Source: a virus
Lineage: Duplodnaviria > Caudoviricetes
IMG/VR virus record: IMGVR_UViG_3300037991_005364
Span: 1-54,308 of that record
Direction: 5' to 3' (one strand)
DNA length: 54,308 nucleotides
Shown: positions 53,723 through 54,308 of the stretch, piece after piece
Position numbering within the stretch: the first letter of the stretch is position 1
How the letters are laid out: the number at the start of each line of letters is the position of its first letter
Notes under the pieces: generated by a model
Seen by the model: the letters and a program-made list of their open reading frames with translations, nothing else
Database searches by the model: none
Told to the model about the DNA's origin: nothing
Translations under genes and position numbers: made by a program

Positions 53723-54308
53723 AGATTGCAATTATTACTGATCAACACTTTGGCGCTCGTAAGGGTTCCAAGTTCCTTCATGAATACTTTAAAAAGTTTT
53801 ATGATGACGTATTTTTTCCATATTTGAAAGAACACAATATTACCACTGTTGTGGATATGGGAGATACCTTTGACAATCGTCGAAGTATCGATTTATGGTC
53901 TTTGGAATGGGCAAAAGAAAATTATTACGATAAACTAGAAAAGATGGGTGTGACCGTTCACACCATTGTTGGCAATCACACTGCATACTATAAAGATACG
54001 AACTCCATTAATTCTGTAGATTTGTTGCTTAAACAATATAAGAATGTTGAAGTTTACTCAGAATGCACTGAGGTTGTGTTAGATAAACTTAATGTACTGT
54101 TTATTCCATGGATCAATGCGGAAAACTATCAGGATTCTGTCAACGCTATCAAAGTTTCTGATAGCATATGTGCGATGGGGCACCTTGAGCTCAACGGATT
54201 TAGAGCGCATCGCGGACACGTCATGGAAGAAGGTATGGCGTGCGACGTATTTGAGAAGTTCGACAAAGTGTTTTCAGGACACTACCATACACGGAGCGAC
54301 AACGGAAA
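53719..54308 (+). CDS. g47: Recombination endonuclease gp47 (SbcD/Mre11-like), truncated by the window end
   Basis: MKIAIITDQHFGARK; MGDTFDNR; VGNHTAYY; FSGHYH metallophosphoesterase motifs. Confidence 0.95.
   Translation, partial: MKIAIITDQHFGARKGSKFLHEYFKKFYDDVFFPYLKEHNITTVVDMGDTFDNRRSIDLWSLEWAKENYYDKLEKMGVTVHTIVGNHTAYYKDTNSINSVDLLLKQYKNVEVYSECTEVVLDKLNVLFIPWINAENYQDSVNAIKVSDSICAMGHLELNGFRAHRGHVMEEGMACDVFEKFDKVFSGHYHTRSDNG

Overview
A 54.3-kb segment of a large T4-like myovirus genome, almost certainly a marine cyanophage (Kyanoviridae-like). This rests on the T4 core gene order without gp9-12, wac or gp24, a giant gp7-type baseplate protein and a cyanobacterial AbrB-like domain. All credible protein-coding genes are on the + strand. 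The window has four parts. (1) 1-4100: an accessory/early island of small, mostly acidic ORFs, including an AbrB-like/ArdA fusion and a winged-helix protein, separated by repeated sigma70-type promoter cassettes. (2) 4100-6550: small conserved cyanophage genes, including a GT-A glycosyltransferase. (3) 6580-50530: the virion module (gp25, 6, 7, 8, DUF4815-type protein, fibre, 13, 14, 15, 16, a 936-aa protein, 17, 18, 19, 20, core, 21, 22, 23, 3) under TATAAATA late promoters. (4) 50530-54308: uvsY, uvsW, gp55 and the start of gp47. The most unusual signals are as follows. The 936-aa protein between gp16 and gp17 reads as a polyprotein of small basic modules joined by [VILM]-x-E sites like the gp23 maturation site, with four repeated S-[DN]-W-R-x-D linkers. 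Two homologous ~67-nt non-coding elements (1407-1473, 2310-2375) have compensatory base pairs and their own leftward promoters. An origin-like region (600-1170) has TCTCGACGAG palindromic repeats, a 26-bp perfect palindrome and divergent promoters. A 59-aa NblA-like ORF is missing from the ORF track. All calls are by eye from sequence motifs and synteny; no searches were run.
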